64,000 nucleotides of DNA. It comes from Candidatus Acidiferrales bacterium. GTDB lineage: Bacteria > Acidobacteriota > Terriglobia > Acidiferrales > UBA7541. Every line of letters starts with the position of its first letter. Within the stretch, counting starts at the first letter, position 1. Below the pieces are notes generated by a model, which did no database searches, was not told where the DNA came from, and saw only the letters and a list, made by a program, of their open reading frames with translations. Below, piece by piece: positions 10,949-22,259 of this stretch. The stretch lies in NCBI GenBank assembly GCA_963741165.1, contig CAVUHB010000004.1, positions 202,413-266,412 of the forward strand, in the 5' to 3' direction. Position numbers and translations under genes: made by a program.

Positions 10949-11683
10949 GTTCGCTTTCTGATCTGTTTTCATTTTCATACCGAATCCAATTCACACCGCG
11001 TCCTAGCGAAGAGCAGCGCAACTCGTCGACAAAGCGTCGTCCCCTAGCGGCATTGGTGACCTGCCTCTGTTTGCACGGATCGATCTCCCGAGGGAAGTGC
11101 CGGCGGTGAACTATAAGGAGTTGCGAGCACCATCTTCACCGGGGGATTCCGTCGCGACGCAAGAGGGCAAGAGTTTGCTCTGCAACAACGACAACTGGAG
11201 GGTGCTGAGGGAGAAAGGAAAATCCATAGCGACGCGCAGATGGCGCCAACGATGATTCGCATGCTTTTGGAATTACGGCTAGAGGAGAGAAGTTGCTTGA
11301 GAGTGCGGTCGCTCGATGGGTTGCCGGGTATTTTGCTGAAACGTTGAAGCGAGGCGATTCACTACGGAATAGAGGACCGTCCGTATGGGGCCTGAAGCAA
11401 GTAGATGAACGATTGCGCACTAGGTTTTGAGGCAGGAGGCGATGGTTCACGAGGGCAGTCCCAGTACTATCAAAACCTTGGAACTGCTTGAAAATGTACC
11501 CGATAAAGGAGAGAGATTACGACATTGTGATCATTAACCTGTTGACTTGTCCGAGCGTCACAGGCAGAATCACCGGAGTTCTGCAGCTATCACTTATGAA
11601 CGTCCCCTCAATGTGGCCTAAATCTCGGCCCCTAGAAATTGACTAAGACCAAAATGCAATCTATTAGCCCAGAGGAGTTTCTG

Positions 11684-14600
11684 ATGAAATTGATTCAATC
11701 GCGCATGCGCATTATTTTCTATCTCGCCGTCGTTGTGCTGGTACTGGGTGCTGCTGCAGACATCGCATTGGCACAGACCTTTTCGCCAAGCTCCCTGACT
11801 TTCGCAGTTCCCACGGGAACGCCGGGAGGTGTAAGTGCCCCTCAGCCGGTCACTCTCAGCATCACAGACGGTTCCGTGACTTTTGGCACTGCCAGCGCGA
11901 CACCGCCGTTCGCCGTAGTAGGCAGTTCCTGTGTGGGCACGATCACAGCGCCAGCACAGTGCCAAGTGAGCGTAACGCTGACAACAACGGCGACGACTCT
12001 GCAAATCGGAACGCTAACCATTCCTAATGGTGTTGAAAGTTCATTGACAGTACCCCTGAGCGGAGCGTACGGCTCGATCAAGCTGTTTGACGCAACAACG
12101 GTGCAGTCATCCTTCCAAGGTGCCGGTTTCAGTACACTGTACACGATTGGAAGCGCGAGTTTGAATCTGAGCTGTCCCGTGAATCCGACGGCGAAGCTAT
12201 CGAATAAGCCCGATGGAACAGGCAACGTGCTGGTCGACAATTACGTGGTGTTGGGGATTAATGGGACGCCGGTTGTGACCTCATTGAGTTCAAACGGTTT
12301 CTCAGCAGTCTATGACCAATTCGGGAATACGAGCATTTCCGCCGGGAAACGTCTGTCAAGGTAGCGATGCATCTCCTGATGGTTTTGGTGGTAACACCTA
12401 TCCGGAGTGCTTCAGCGCTTCCTACCGCTCGAACGTTACGAGCTATGGCGGGCAGAGCTCGGATTTATTTGTCAGCACGGCTGGAGTTCCGCCGCTTGAT
12501 ATCAGCACTTTTTTCAACCCGACGCAGACTACTGATGGACCGTTTCCCGTAACGGCCTCCATATCGATGATCGATGCAGGAGGGTTTATTGCGAGTTCGT
12601 CGCTTTTCCTGAACACCAGTTGCAGCCCCGCGGGAATCGTACCTGGCGGGAGTATTACGGGAAATCCCATAGTGCCGGATACGCCGCAGACGTTTGCGTT
12701 TGACAGCAACCCTGGAGAGAACATCTCGATCACAAGCACGAATACGGCAACTGGAACCGTACCCATCGTTACCGACATTGGCATTCTGCAGTCCGAATTC
12801 AATCAGCTGGTCACCGGAACGTCGGCTGCTCCCGCGGTATGCTTGCGGATGACTGGAGAAGTGGATCCGATTTCCGGGCAGACCTTGTGCAAAGGGTACC
12901 TGATCCAGTGCTACAACCCCGCCAACGGCACAACGACTGGCGATAATTGCGTTCCCACACCTAGCGCCGCAAGAACCTTGCTGGACCAGGCGCAGTTCAC
13001 CTCGCCCGATGCGCCAGCCCCGGCTTTTGCGAATCAGTCAGAGAATTATTTAGACCCTGCATCACACGTAAACGCCTGCAGGAACATCGGAACGAGTGTG
13101 ACTTGCGCGCCGGGAACGGGCCCGGGCATGTTGCTCGGCAGCGACAATTGGTTGACGAGTCCCTACAGTATCGTGAATTGCTCTCTGACAGGCACTTTGC
13201 TCGGAAGCCTTTGCCCACTGGACACCCTCACGCAGTTCAAAGGTGCGGCTGACCCACTTGCCGGCAGCACGACCAAAGGCAAGAACTCCTTATTCGTCCC
13301 CGTTGTGAATATGCCGCTGCCCTACACGGTGGCGAGCATTACGGGCCAGAGCAATGGCTGGGTCACGAGCGGGAACGTTAGCGCAACCTTCGTATCCAAC
13401 CCAGCGACCTACACGGCCTCGGCACCGGCGCCGAACGGTTTCACAGCCGCGCCGGCGTACAGCCTGACCTATGGACTCTCGCCAGCCAGTGCAGGGCTTC
13501 CCGACACCACCTTCCCGGTGCCCGGAGACGTAACCAACTACAACACGAACACGAACCCAGATCTCGTGTCGCCTATTTGCAGTTTGGGGGGTCTGTCTAA
13601 CACGCCACCCTCGTTTGCCTCGGGTGCCAGTTTCAGCAGCTTGAGCGAGGGTATTTACAAACTGCATTACTTCACAACCGACTGCGCGTTCACCGAAGAG
13701 TTGGTCTTCAATCCGCAAGGGTCACAACTGACGGATCCGACGGCAAACTGGGCAACTTTCGCCAATCTGAGTTTCGGCGTCGACACGACGGCCCCAACAT
13801 TTAATTGCGTCTCTCCAAGCACAAGCGTTTGGTATAACGTGGATCAGAGCGCACAGTGCACAGTGACGGACCAGAACTATCTGGCCGGAGCCACCGGTTC
13901 CGGTTTCTCACCGTTGCTCGCGAATAGCATCCAGGGAAGCCCAACGAAGGTAGTCAACGTTTCTACTACCGTGGTTAGCGGCGTCAATGCCGCGGCCCCG
14001 GCTGGTCCCGTACCAGCGTGCGATTTGGCCGGTAACTGCGTCCAGGTTTCCGCCGGTCCGTTCATGATCGACACGGTAAAACCGACGATCACCGGACCGA
14101 CGCTTACCCCAGCCGCCAGCGGCAATATCTATTACGTTGGGGGACCGGCTGTGACCGTCACCTATAGCTGCAACGATGGGGTGGGAGCCTCCGGCCTTGC
14201 GACCTGCACTGCACCGCTAATCAGTGGCAGCACAATTGACACGTCCGCTGCGGCCATTGGTCCACACACATTCACTGTAAATTCGACTGACAATGCCGGA
14301 AATGCATCCAGCGCATCGGTGAGCTATACCGTCGCGGCACAAGCGGCGGACCTGTGGCTGTTTGAGGTTCCAGTCGCGTCGGACAACATCAAGCGGGGCA
14401 CGACAGGGAATTTCTACGCGGGGGTAGTGAATCTTAGCTCCCCGACAGCGAACAATGTTGTGATCACCACACAATTCACAGTGCCAAGTGGCGTGCTGAA
14501 TACGAGTGTAGGCCTAACCGCTAGCTACGCGTTGGTCTCCTGCACCATTAGGGGATGCAACACGGTGCCTAATACAGGTGCAGCGTGCGCGGTGAGCGGC

Positions 14601-14801
14601 ACGACGATCACTTGCCCTGCGATCCAACTGGCAAGTACGGCGTCTACGGGTAAAGGAGTGGTGGTCAAGGTCAATATCCCGGTTTCCTCGACCGCAGTGG
14701 CGAACACGAAGTTCACTTCGCTAACGACGGTAAGGTCCGCGAATGATCCCAAATCCACAAATAATTCCTATCTCGAGACCTATACGGTCACTAGCAAGTA
14801 A
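11684..14801 (+). pseudogene. Large secreted Ig-like / adhesin-like protein, apparently split by a +1 frameshift at 12312-12364
   Basis: ORF 11639..12364 has a signal peptide (MKLIQSRMRIIFYLAVVVLVLGAAADIALA) and choice-of-anchor-D-like repeats. ORF 12312..14801 overlaps it in the +1 frame, has no signal peptide and continues the Thr/Ser/Gly-rich beta-domain composition. Two separate genes cannot be excluded. Confidence 0.55.
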
Positions 14802-14823
14802 GGCCGATTAAAGAGAAACAAAC

Positions 14824-14875
14824 GAACCCCGGTGATGCTACCGATTTGGGAGCATCACCGGGGTTCTGTTTTTGG
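14824..14875 (+). terminator. Rho-independent terminator
   Basis: Perfect 16-bp stem GAACCCCGGTGATGCT / AGCATCACCGGGGTTC with an 11-nt loop, followed by TGTTTTTGG. It begins 23 nt after the stop at 14801. Confidence 0.9.
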
Positions 14876-15220
14876 TGGGCGGTTGGGTCGAGGAATTCGG
14901 GAAGCGTCATCGAATAGAGAAGCCTTGCGCGGGGAGAGAGATGGACGAAAGCGATTGGACTACGGTTTGGCGTCACGGGATGGTTCGCGTCTTGCGTCGC
15001 GAACCGTGCCCAGGGGCCCCAGAGCCTGGAATCCGTCGTTGAGGGGGCCAGTCGATGAATGCAAGCGCACGGCCGCCGGGAGAAGCGAGTCAAAACACTG
15101 TTTCCCGCTTGATGCAGGCAAGAAGGCGGGCGGCTGATTTTTCGTGGAATCTATTTCCAATTGTGGGCTGAGAAGTTGCATGCCGGGGGCCATGCCCACA
15201 ACTCTCGGAAGGATGGGAGG

Positions 15221-18200
15221 TCAGGCCTTGGCCTGCCCGGCGGCTTGCGAGGCTTCCTCGTACAGAGACTTGAGATCCGAACGCTGTAGCAGTTTCTCCG
15301 CGCCCGATTCCTTCTTCAAATCATTCAACAAGTTTACGGACTGCTGAAAGTGCCCGGCGGCTTCCGAGGGGGATCCGGTAAGGCGCAGAATGTCACCGAG
15401 AAGGAATTGGATGCGGGCCTTCTCCAAACGAAGGCCAAGTTTTTCGCTGCTGGTCAAGGCAGTTTCGAGTTCCTGGCGGGCATGAGTGTAGTCTTTGGTC
15501 TTTATGAGCGCTTCGGCCAGGTCGACGGTACTTCGCGTGGAAAAATATTTCAGGTGCAATTTGTCCGCCTGCTGAATGGAAGCACGCAACTCCGGAATGG
15601 CGGCTTGTGGTCGACCCTCGGCTACGGCGAGCCTGGCAAGATTCATTTTGGTGATCAGAATCTTTTCACGATCTTTGGACTTAGACGCCGCCAGGGCAGC
15701 CTGTTCATACGCCGTTCGAGCCGCCTTAAAATCGCCGCGGTAGAAGGCCGCATCTCCCTGGGTATTGAGGAGAGCACTGTGAATGTTTTCATTCTTTAGT
15801 TCACTGGCAACGGAACCGGCTTCTTCGAGCAGCTTGCCGGACTCGTCTCCTCGACCGGCAAGTGCCAGGGTATCTCCGAGGCTATTCAAAGAGTCCGCCA
15901 GTTCGATACTTTTGTTGTTGATGGAGCGGAAACCGTTGACAGAGTCCTGCATCGCACTAACGGCCGCACCCAGACGACCCTCGTACATCAGGACCTTACC
16001 GATTGACCCGGACACGCTGGCGGCGCTCTTGGTGATGTTTGCCTTGTGGGAGATTTCAAGGGCCTTCATGAGATTTTTGAGTGCTTCATCGTAATCGCCC
16101 ATGGCCGTGTGCACATCACCGAGCGAGCTGAGAGTCTCGGCAAGGTAGGCCGGTTCGTTCAGCTTCTCCCGCAACTGGAGGGACTGTTGATAATAGATGA
16201 GCGAGTTGTCGGTATCATCCTTGAGGAAATAGACGTCCCCAATATTGCTCAGGCAGACAGCCTGATAACTAACGTCACCCGCGTCGCGCTGGATTTGCAG
16301 CGCATCCTTGTAGTCCTGAAGGGCTTTGTCGTAGTTCCCGCGAATCTGATAAAGCACCCCGCGGTTGACGAGCGTGTCGCCGTAATCCTTGGTGACGCCG
16401 ATCTCCTTGAGGATTTGCAGTGACTGGTTGTAGCTGGTCATGGCCGCTTCGGGCTTACCAATGGTGATCTGATTCTGAGCGAGTTCTGAAAGGCTCGCAG
16501 CCAGCAGTCTCTTCATACCCAGTTTCTGGGTAATTTCCATGGAATCCTCGAGACTCTTGATCGCTTCCTCGGGCCTGTTCATGAGGCGGTAGGAGATGCC
16601 GAGAGCCTGGAGGATTAAGGCCTTCTGCTCCGGATTGTTCACCTGTACGGCCAGGCTGAGGCCTTTATTGAGCGGTTCGAGAGCCGCTTGAGGATTGTCC
16701 TGCTGATACTCGACGCTTCCGATCTGCCAAAGGGCTTTGATGTTCTTCGGATCGGCTTTCAAGATTTTCGCAAATTGAGTGCGAGCCTTGTCGAAGTCGC
16801 CGTTGTCAGCGTAGAGGCTGCCGAGGGTGTATTCGACGTCAGAATTATCCGGGAAAATCTTGGCAAGATTCTCATAGGCCTGGATCGCCTTTGCAGAATC
16901 CTTCATCACGCGGGCGTGGGTGGCTTCGACCAGATACTTCTCGGCGGTGGGTAGAGACTGACCGAGGTCCATAGCCTTGCGAGAATTCTTCGCGGCTTCG
17001 GTGTCAAAGCCCAGAGTGAGATCGGTTTCGGCGAGGCGCGACCAAGCCAGCGCGAACTGCGGATCGTTGGTTACCGCCGACTGTAGCATCTTTACGGCGT
17101 CGAGATTCTTGCCCTCGCGAATCAACTCATTGGCCTGGGAGTAATCGCGCAATGCCGGAACGGACTTGGTTGAAGGCTGGAAGGAACTGGCCTTCAGTTC
17201 GTTGACCACATCGGCCGAAACGGCCAGGTTCTTCCTAATGAGCTCTGCGAGTTTTCCAACCGCAACGGAAATATCTTTTTCGTTGGTGGCTTCGATTTTC
17301 AGAGGAGAAATCTGATTTTTCTTAAGGTCGCGGAGCGTAGCGTCGATACGAATCTGGTCGCCAAATTTCGCATAGCGCCCCCACACCACCGTGTCCGCAT
17401 TGCCAAATTCAGCGATGCGGCGAAGTGTGTCGGGGTCCAGGTCCGAATTCTGAGGAATCCGGAGGTCCGCAAAAATTTGATGGATGCGGTCGGGAGGAAC
17501 GGTGCGCATGTGAACGGACTGGCCGACGTCGGTACTGAGCATTTCGGCCAGACTCGACCCCAGCCAATCCATAGAGGGATCGTTGTTGTCATTGTGAAAG
17601 GGCAAAATAGCTAGTGAAACCTGGGGCGCGACCGGACCTTTTAGCTCTGTAGCGGTGCCTGGACCCGATTTGCCCTTATAGAGGAAGCCGCCAGTAACGA
17701 GGACCAGGCCCAGGGCGCCCGCGGCAATCCATTTCCAGGGGATGGAGCGGCGACCAGCGATGACGACGCTTGGAGCGATCAGGGAGGCCGAAACCGGTCG
17801 TTTGCCTTCCCAGGCATCGAGATCGGCAATGATTTCCGAAGCCGACTGATAGCGGAGCGCAACGTCGCGCTCGAGGCACTTGGCCACGATGTCGCTGAGG
17901 GGTTTCGGAATGGATGGATCAAGATCGGTAAGGGGAAGCGCGCGGTCCTGGTTGCGCTTGAGCAAACTGGCCATGGCCGTTTCCGCTTTGTACGGCATGG
18001 TGTTGGAAAGCAGCTCGTAAAAAATGAGGCCGAGGGTGAACAGATCCGAGCGGGCATCAAGGGACTTGCCCATGGCCTGTTCCGGGGACATGTAATCGAT
18101 GGTCCCAAGGAGCATGCCGGTCTGGGTCATGCCATCGGATTCGAGAGAACGGGCCAGGCCAAAATCCATCACCAGGATCCGCCCGGACTTGTTGTCCTTC

Positions 18201-18925
18201 ATGATGTTCTGGGGTTTAAGGTCGCGATGGATGATGCCAGCCGAATGAGCGGCATCGAGAGCGAAACATACCTGACGAATGAGATCGACGGTCTGCTGGT
18301 GTGTGAATTTGCCGTGATCCATCTGCCAGCGGCGAAGGTCGGCGCCGTCCACAAATTCCATGGTGATAAATTTCACACCATCGGCTTCGGCAATGTCGTA
18401 GATGCGGATAACGTTTTTGTGTGTGACCTGGTGCGCGGTTTGCAGTTCCTGCTTAAAGCGCGCGAGGATGGCTGGATTTCTGGCGAGTTCTGGGCGAATT
18501 ACCTTCAGAGCCACAAAGCGGTCGATTTCAAGGTCGTGCGCCTTGAATACGGCGCCCATGCCCCCTTCGCCGAGCATATCCAGAAGCTCGTACCGCCCAC
18601 CGATGACGTCGCCGGGATTCAGCACTATTTCTGGGAACTGGGTGCCGGAGAAGGAGCCACTCGGAACACGCGTGCCGGCGAGACTTTCCGCAAGAGTGAG
18701 ATCCGGACTCGCGAGGTGTGGGACCGGGGATGCAGGCGTTTTCGCGGGAGGCCTGGTGGGGGGCTTGGTAGGAGGTTTCAGGGGAACATCGGAAATGGTT
18801 GCGCCGTCGGAAGGATCGAGCGGAGCCTGGCTCGGAGTGCTGTCCCCTTTCGCGGGCACACCAATCCCTTGCGGTCCTCCAGCGCCAGGGTGCTGCCGTC
18901 CAGGTTTTTTCTTAGGGTCTTCCAT
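15221..18925 (-). CDS. Ser/Thr protein kinase with TM segment and long TPR array
   Basis: Pro-rich N-terminus. Hanks kinase motifs GEGGMGAVFKA, HRDLKPQNIM, DFGLA and YMSPEQ. One TM helix (WIAAGALGLVLVTGGFLY), then about 700 aa of TPR-like repeats. Confidence 0.9.
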   Translation of the reverse strand: MEDPKKKPGRQHPGAGGPQGIGVPAKGDSTPSQAPLDPSDGATISDVPLKPPTKPPTRPPAKTPASPVPHLASPDLTLAESLAGTRVPSGSFSGTQFPEIVLNPGDVIGGRYELLDMLGEGGMGAVFKAHDLEIDRFVALKVIRPELARNPAILARFKQELQTAHQVTHKNVIRIYDIAEADGVKFITMEFVDGADLRRWQMDHGKFTHQQTVDLIRQVCFALDAAHSAGIIHRDLKPQNIMKDNKSGRILVMDFGLARSLESDGMTQTGMLLGTIDYMSPEQAMGKSLDARSDLFTLGLIFYELLSNTMPYKAETAMASLLKRNQDRALPLTDLDPSIPKPLSDIVAKCLERDVALRYQSASEIIADLDAWEGKRPVSASLIAPSVVIAGRRSIPWKWIAAGALGLVLVTGGFLYKGKSGPGTATELKGPVAPQVSLAILPFHNDNNDPSMDWLGSSLAEMLSTDVGQSVHMRTVPPDRIHQIFADLRIPQNSDLDPDTLRRIAEFGNADTVVWGRYAKFGDQIRIDATLRDLKKNQISPLKIEATNEKDISVAVGKLAELIRKNLAVSADVVNELKASSFQPSTKSVPALRDYSQANELIREGKNLDAVKMLQSAVTNDPQFALAWSRLAETDLTLGFDTEAAKNSRKAMDLGQSLPTAEKYLVEATHARVMKDSAKAIQAYENLAKIFPDNSDVEYTLGSLYADNGDFDKARTQFAKILKADPKNIKALWQIGSVEYQQDNPQAALEPLNKGLSLAVQVNNPEQKALILQALGISYRLMNRPEEAIKSLEDSMEITQKLGMKRLLAASLSELAQNQITIGKPEAAMTSYNQSLQILKEIGVTKDYGDTLVNRGVLYQIRGNYDKALQDYKDALQIQRDAGDVSYQAVCLSNIGDVYFLKDDTDNSLIYYQQSLQLREKLNEPAYLAETLSSLGDVHTAMGDYDEALKNLMKALEISHKANITKSAASVSGSIGKVLMYEGRLGAAVSAMQDSVNGFRSINNKSIELADSLNSLGDTLALAGRGDESGKLLEEAGSVASELKNENIHSALLNTQGDAAFYRGDFKAARTAYEQAALAASKSKDREKILITKMNLARLAVAEGRPQAAIPELRASIQQADKLHLKYFSTRSTVDLAEALIKTKDYTHARQELETALTSSEKLGLRLEKARIQFLLGDILRLTGSPSEAAGHFQQSVNLLNDLKKESGAEKLLQRSDLKSLYEEASQAAGQAKA

Positions 18926-19126
18926 CTAGCCTATTACGACCTCGAAACCAGCCTGTAGACAAACCTCCCCCCACCCCAAGGGAGCGAATTGCACAAGTAT
19001 ATCGATTTAGGAGGAAACGTGCAGAAGTTTAGGGGATGTTTCCTAGAACACATTTACACCATTGATAAACATGAGGGCCAGGGGGCTAGCGACTGAAATA
19101 CAGAGAAGGTTATCGAAAATCGTATA

Positions 19127-21094
19127 TTACTGTTTTACCATTATGGGCAGCTCCACAAAACTTTGCTCGCTTCTGGTGTGATACACGCGCTGCACGGCCT
19201 TCTTATACTCTTCTGGCTTGGCCCAGAAAATATTGGGGACAAACGTCTGCGGGTTGCGGTCATAGAGCGGAAACCAACTGGATTGTATCTGGACCATGAT
19301 GCGATGGCCGGGCAGAAAAACGTGATTGGCGTTGGGCAGGGCGAAGCGATACAGGAGAGGCTGGTCGCTTCGGAGGGGCTTCGGAGTTTCGACGCTTTCC
19401 CGATAACGCCCGCGGAAGATGTCGCCAGCAACCATAAGCTGATAGCCACCCATGGCGGCGTCCATGACGACTTCTTCAGGGTAGACGTCGATCAGTTTCA
19501 CAACCCAATCGGAATCGGTACCGGAGGTGGAGGCGACGAGATTGGCGATAGGCTGGCCGCTGATTTTTACGGGTTCGCTGAGCGGAGCGCTAAGGAAGCT
19601 CAAAACATCGGAGCGGCCGGAGGCCTCGCGTTGGTCGTCGACGAGCCAACGGGACCAGGTAGAGAAACTGCTGTCCATTGGATGAATGGGCCGCGCCCGA
19701 TAGGGAACGGGCTTCGCGGGATCGGAGATGTATTCCTCGAATTGCCCGTCGTTTGCTTTTGGCGCATCGAGACTGAGTATTAGACCGGCATGGAAATAGA
19801 GGGGAGTCGTTTTGACGGTGCAACCGGAACTGCAGCCTGCAGGCCAATCCGAAAGCTTGAGCCAGCGGTTGGTTCCGGTTTCATAGGCAGAGACAATCGG
19901 GAGGTCGGCTCGAGGGGCGGCCGACTTGAGATATTGCGCAAGGAACGGGCGAAGAATTTCCTGGCGAAAATAGAGGGCGGTGTCGGCGTGGAATTTGAGG
20001 GCGCCGAGCGAACTGGCGTCGCCAATCTCCTGGCCATGATGCCACGGGCCGAGAACCAGGAAAACTTTATCGTTCGCCGTGTCTCGAGGCTTGAGCGCTT
20101 TGTAGACAGCGGTGGCGCCGTAGATATCTTCCTGGTCCCACAGACTGTCGACGAGCAGGACCGGGACTTTCAGAGGCTCATTGGCCAAAATGCGATCCAT
20201 GGCTTGCACTTGCCACCAGGAATCGTAGGAGGGGTGCTCGGTAATCTTGCGCCAGAATCCGACCTGATCGAGACCGTGGAGTTTGCCGAGTTCTCCGGCA
20301 GAGCCTGCTTCAAGGAAATTGTCGTAGTCATCGAAGTGGCTGTACCACCAACTGGCGTCGTTTGAACGACTGGCTTCCTGCTCATAGATGTAGGGCATCA
20401 TCTGTTGACGAAACGCACCGTTATGAAACCAGTCGTCGCCCTTCCAGCCATCTACCATGGGATTCATAGGAACAGAAACCTTAAGCGCGGGATGGGGATG
20501 GACAAGCGCCATGAGCGGAAGAAAGCCGTCATAGGAGATGCCGATAATGCCGACGCGGCCATTGCCCTCGGGGATGTTTTTCACAAGCCAGTCGATGGTG
20601 TCGTAGGTGTCTGTGGAATGGTCGACAGGCGTCGGGTTCAAGGGGCCGTGGAGAGGGCGAGTCATGACGTAATCGCCTTCCGAGCCGTACTTGCCGCGAA
20701 CATCCTGGAACACGCGGATGTAGCCGTCTTCGACGATGAGTTCGACGGGACTGTCGCCATGCTCAAGCGAAATGCCATACCGGGGACTGGCAAAGTGGCC
20801 GAAGTTACCCGAAGCGTTGTAGGGGGTGCGCGTGAAGAGGATGCCGGCGTCCTTGGCGCCTTTGGGAATAATAATGACGGTGTGGAGTTTGACGCCATCG
20901 CGCATGGGGATCATCACGTCGCGCTTTTCATACTCGAAACCTGTGGTGGAGGGGACTAGATGAGTCGGCGTCTCGCTCGGAAAGTCGGGGTATTTCGGCG
21001 CGTCGGGAGTTTGCGCGCTTCCTGGGTGCGGAGTGCAGGAGGTAAGGAAGCAGCCAAGAACCAGGATCCTCTGGAAGGTATGGTTGAAAGTCAT
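19127..21094 (-). CDS. CocE/NonD family hydrolase (S15 X-Pro dipeptidyl-peptidase-like)
   Basis: Signal peptide after the ATG at 21094 (MTFNHTFQRILVLGCFLTSC). Nucleophile elbow GIIGISYDG. The C-terminal jelly-roll has the typical SSWFPLYDRNPQ block. Confidence 0.8.
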   Translation of the reverse strand: MTFNHTFQRILVLGCFLTSCTPHPGSAQTPDAPKYPDFPSETPTHLVPSTTGFEYEKRDVMIPMRDGVKLHTVIIIPKGAKDAGILFTRTPYNASGNFGHFASPRYGISLEHGDSPVELIVEDGYIRVFQDVRGKYGSEGDYVMTRPLHGPLNPTPVDHSTDTYDTIDWLVKNIPEGNGRVGIIGISYDGFLPLMALVHPHPALKVSVPMNPMVDGWKGDDWFHNGAFRQQMMPYIYEQEASRSNDASWWYSHFDDYDNFLEAGSAGELGKLHGLDQVGFWRKITEHPSYDSWWQVQAMDRILANEPLKVPVLLVDSLWDQEDIYGATAVYKALKPRDTANDKVFLVLGPWHHGQEIGDASSLGALKFHADTALYFRQEILRPFLAQYLKSAAPRADLPIVSAYETGTNRWLKLSDWPAGCSSGCTVKTTPLYFHAGLILSLDAPKANDGQFEEYISDPAKPVPYRARPIHPMDSSFSTWSRWLVDDQREASGRSDVLSFLSAPLSEPVKISGQPIANLVASTSGTDSDWVVKLIDVYPEEVVMDAAMGGYQLMVAGDIFRGRYRESVETPKPLRSDQPLLYRFALPNANHVFLPGHRIMVQIQSSWFPLYDRNPQTFVPNIFWAKPEEYKKAVQRVYHTRSEQSFVELPIMVKQ

Positions 21095-21250
21095 CAATAA
21101 TTCCTTTGCGCGAAAGAGCGCGGAGATTATATGACGCGCTGGGCGGGAGGCGCTAGCGGGGAGTCCGGAACGCACACGCAGTAGGAGCTCTCCCACTGAA
21201 CCCGAGAAGCACATTGCAATGTCGGGTCGGGGGAAGGCAAGCTGATACCT

Positions 21251-22150
21251 GTGCCGGAACTCCCCGATATCGCTGCCTACCTCAGCGCGCTCGGCGCGCG
21301 CATCCTTGGCGAGAGGCTCGAAACGGTGCGCCTTCGGACTCCGTTTCTACTGCGGACGGCAGATCCGCCCATTACGAGTGTGGAAGGGTTTGTGGTTTGC
21401 GAGTTACGGCGAATTGGAAAGCGGATTGCGATCGGCCTCGAAGGCGAACTTTGGATGGTGCTGCATCTGATGATCGCGGGGCGATTGCACTGGATGGAGC
21501 GCGGGGCAAAATTGGTCGGTAAGAATCAGCTGGCCGCGTTTGATTTCGCGAAGGGATCGCTCTTGCTTACCGAGGCGGGTACGAAGCATCGGGCTTCGTT
21601 GCATGTAGTCGCGGGCGAACAGGCCTTGCGCGCGATGGATCCGGGAGGGATTGACGTTTTCGAGTGCGACTTGGCGGAATTTCGCAGGGTGCTGGTCATG
21701 GAAAATCACACGCTAAAGAGGGCACTGACAGACCCTCGGTTGTTGAGTGGAATTGGGAACGCGTACTCGGATGAAATTCTTCATGCGGCGCAATTGTCCC
21801 CTATTACACAGACACAGACGTTGACGAACCAGGAATGGGAACGACTGTTTACCGCGACGCGCGAGACTGTGAAAATGTGGATGGCCCGGCTAGAGAAAGA
21901 GGCAGAGGCGGGATTCCCCGAGAAGGTGACGGCGTTTCGCAAGGGAATGGCGGTCCATGGGCGATTTGGCGAGCCTTGTCCGAGGTGCGGAGAAAAGGTG
22001 CAGCGGATCCGATATGCCGACAATGAGACAAATTATTGCGCGCGGTGCCAGACCGGGGGGAGGGTGCTGGCGGACCGGAGTCTGTCGAGACTGCTGAAGT
22101 CGGATTGGCCGCGAACACTCGAGGCGCTCGAGGCATTGAAGCGACGATAG
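21251..22150 (+). CDS. Fpg/Nei family DNA glycosylase
   Basis: N-terminal (M)PELPD catalytic Pro. H2TH block [21 protein letters not shown]-terminal zinc finger CPRCGEKV...YCARCQ. GTG start. Confidence 0.85.
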   Translation: MPELPDIAAYLSALGARILGERLETVRLRTPFLLRTADPPITSVEGFVVCELRRIGKRIAIGLEGELWMVLHLMIAGRLHWMERGAKLVGKNQLAAFDFAKGSLLLTEAGTKHRASLHVVAGEQALRAMDPGGIDVFECDLAEFRRVLVMENHTLKRALTDPRLLSGIGNAYSDEILHAAQLSPITQTQTLTNQEWERLFTATRETVKMWMARLEKEAEAGFPEKVTAFRKGMAVHGRFGEPCPRCGEKVQRIRYADNETNYCARCQTGGRVLADRSLSRLLKSDWPRTLEALEALKRR

Positions 22151-22259
22151 CGGGATATTGCTATAATCGGCGAAAGGCTCCATTGACTTGGGTTTGTGCG
22201 GTGTGTTACGGATATGTACGCAATTTTTTCAGGGAATTAGGGGCTGCTAACGGTCAGGA

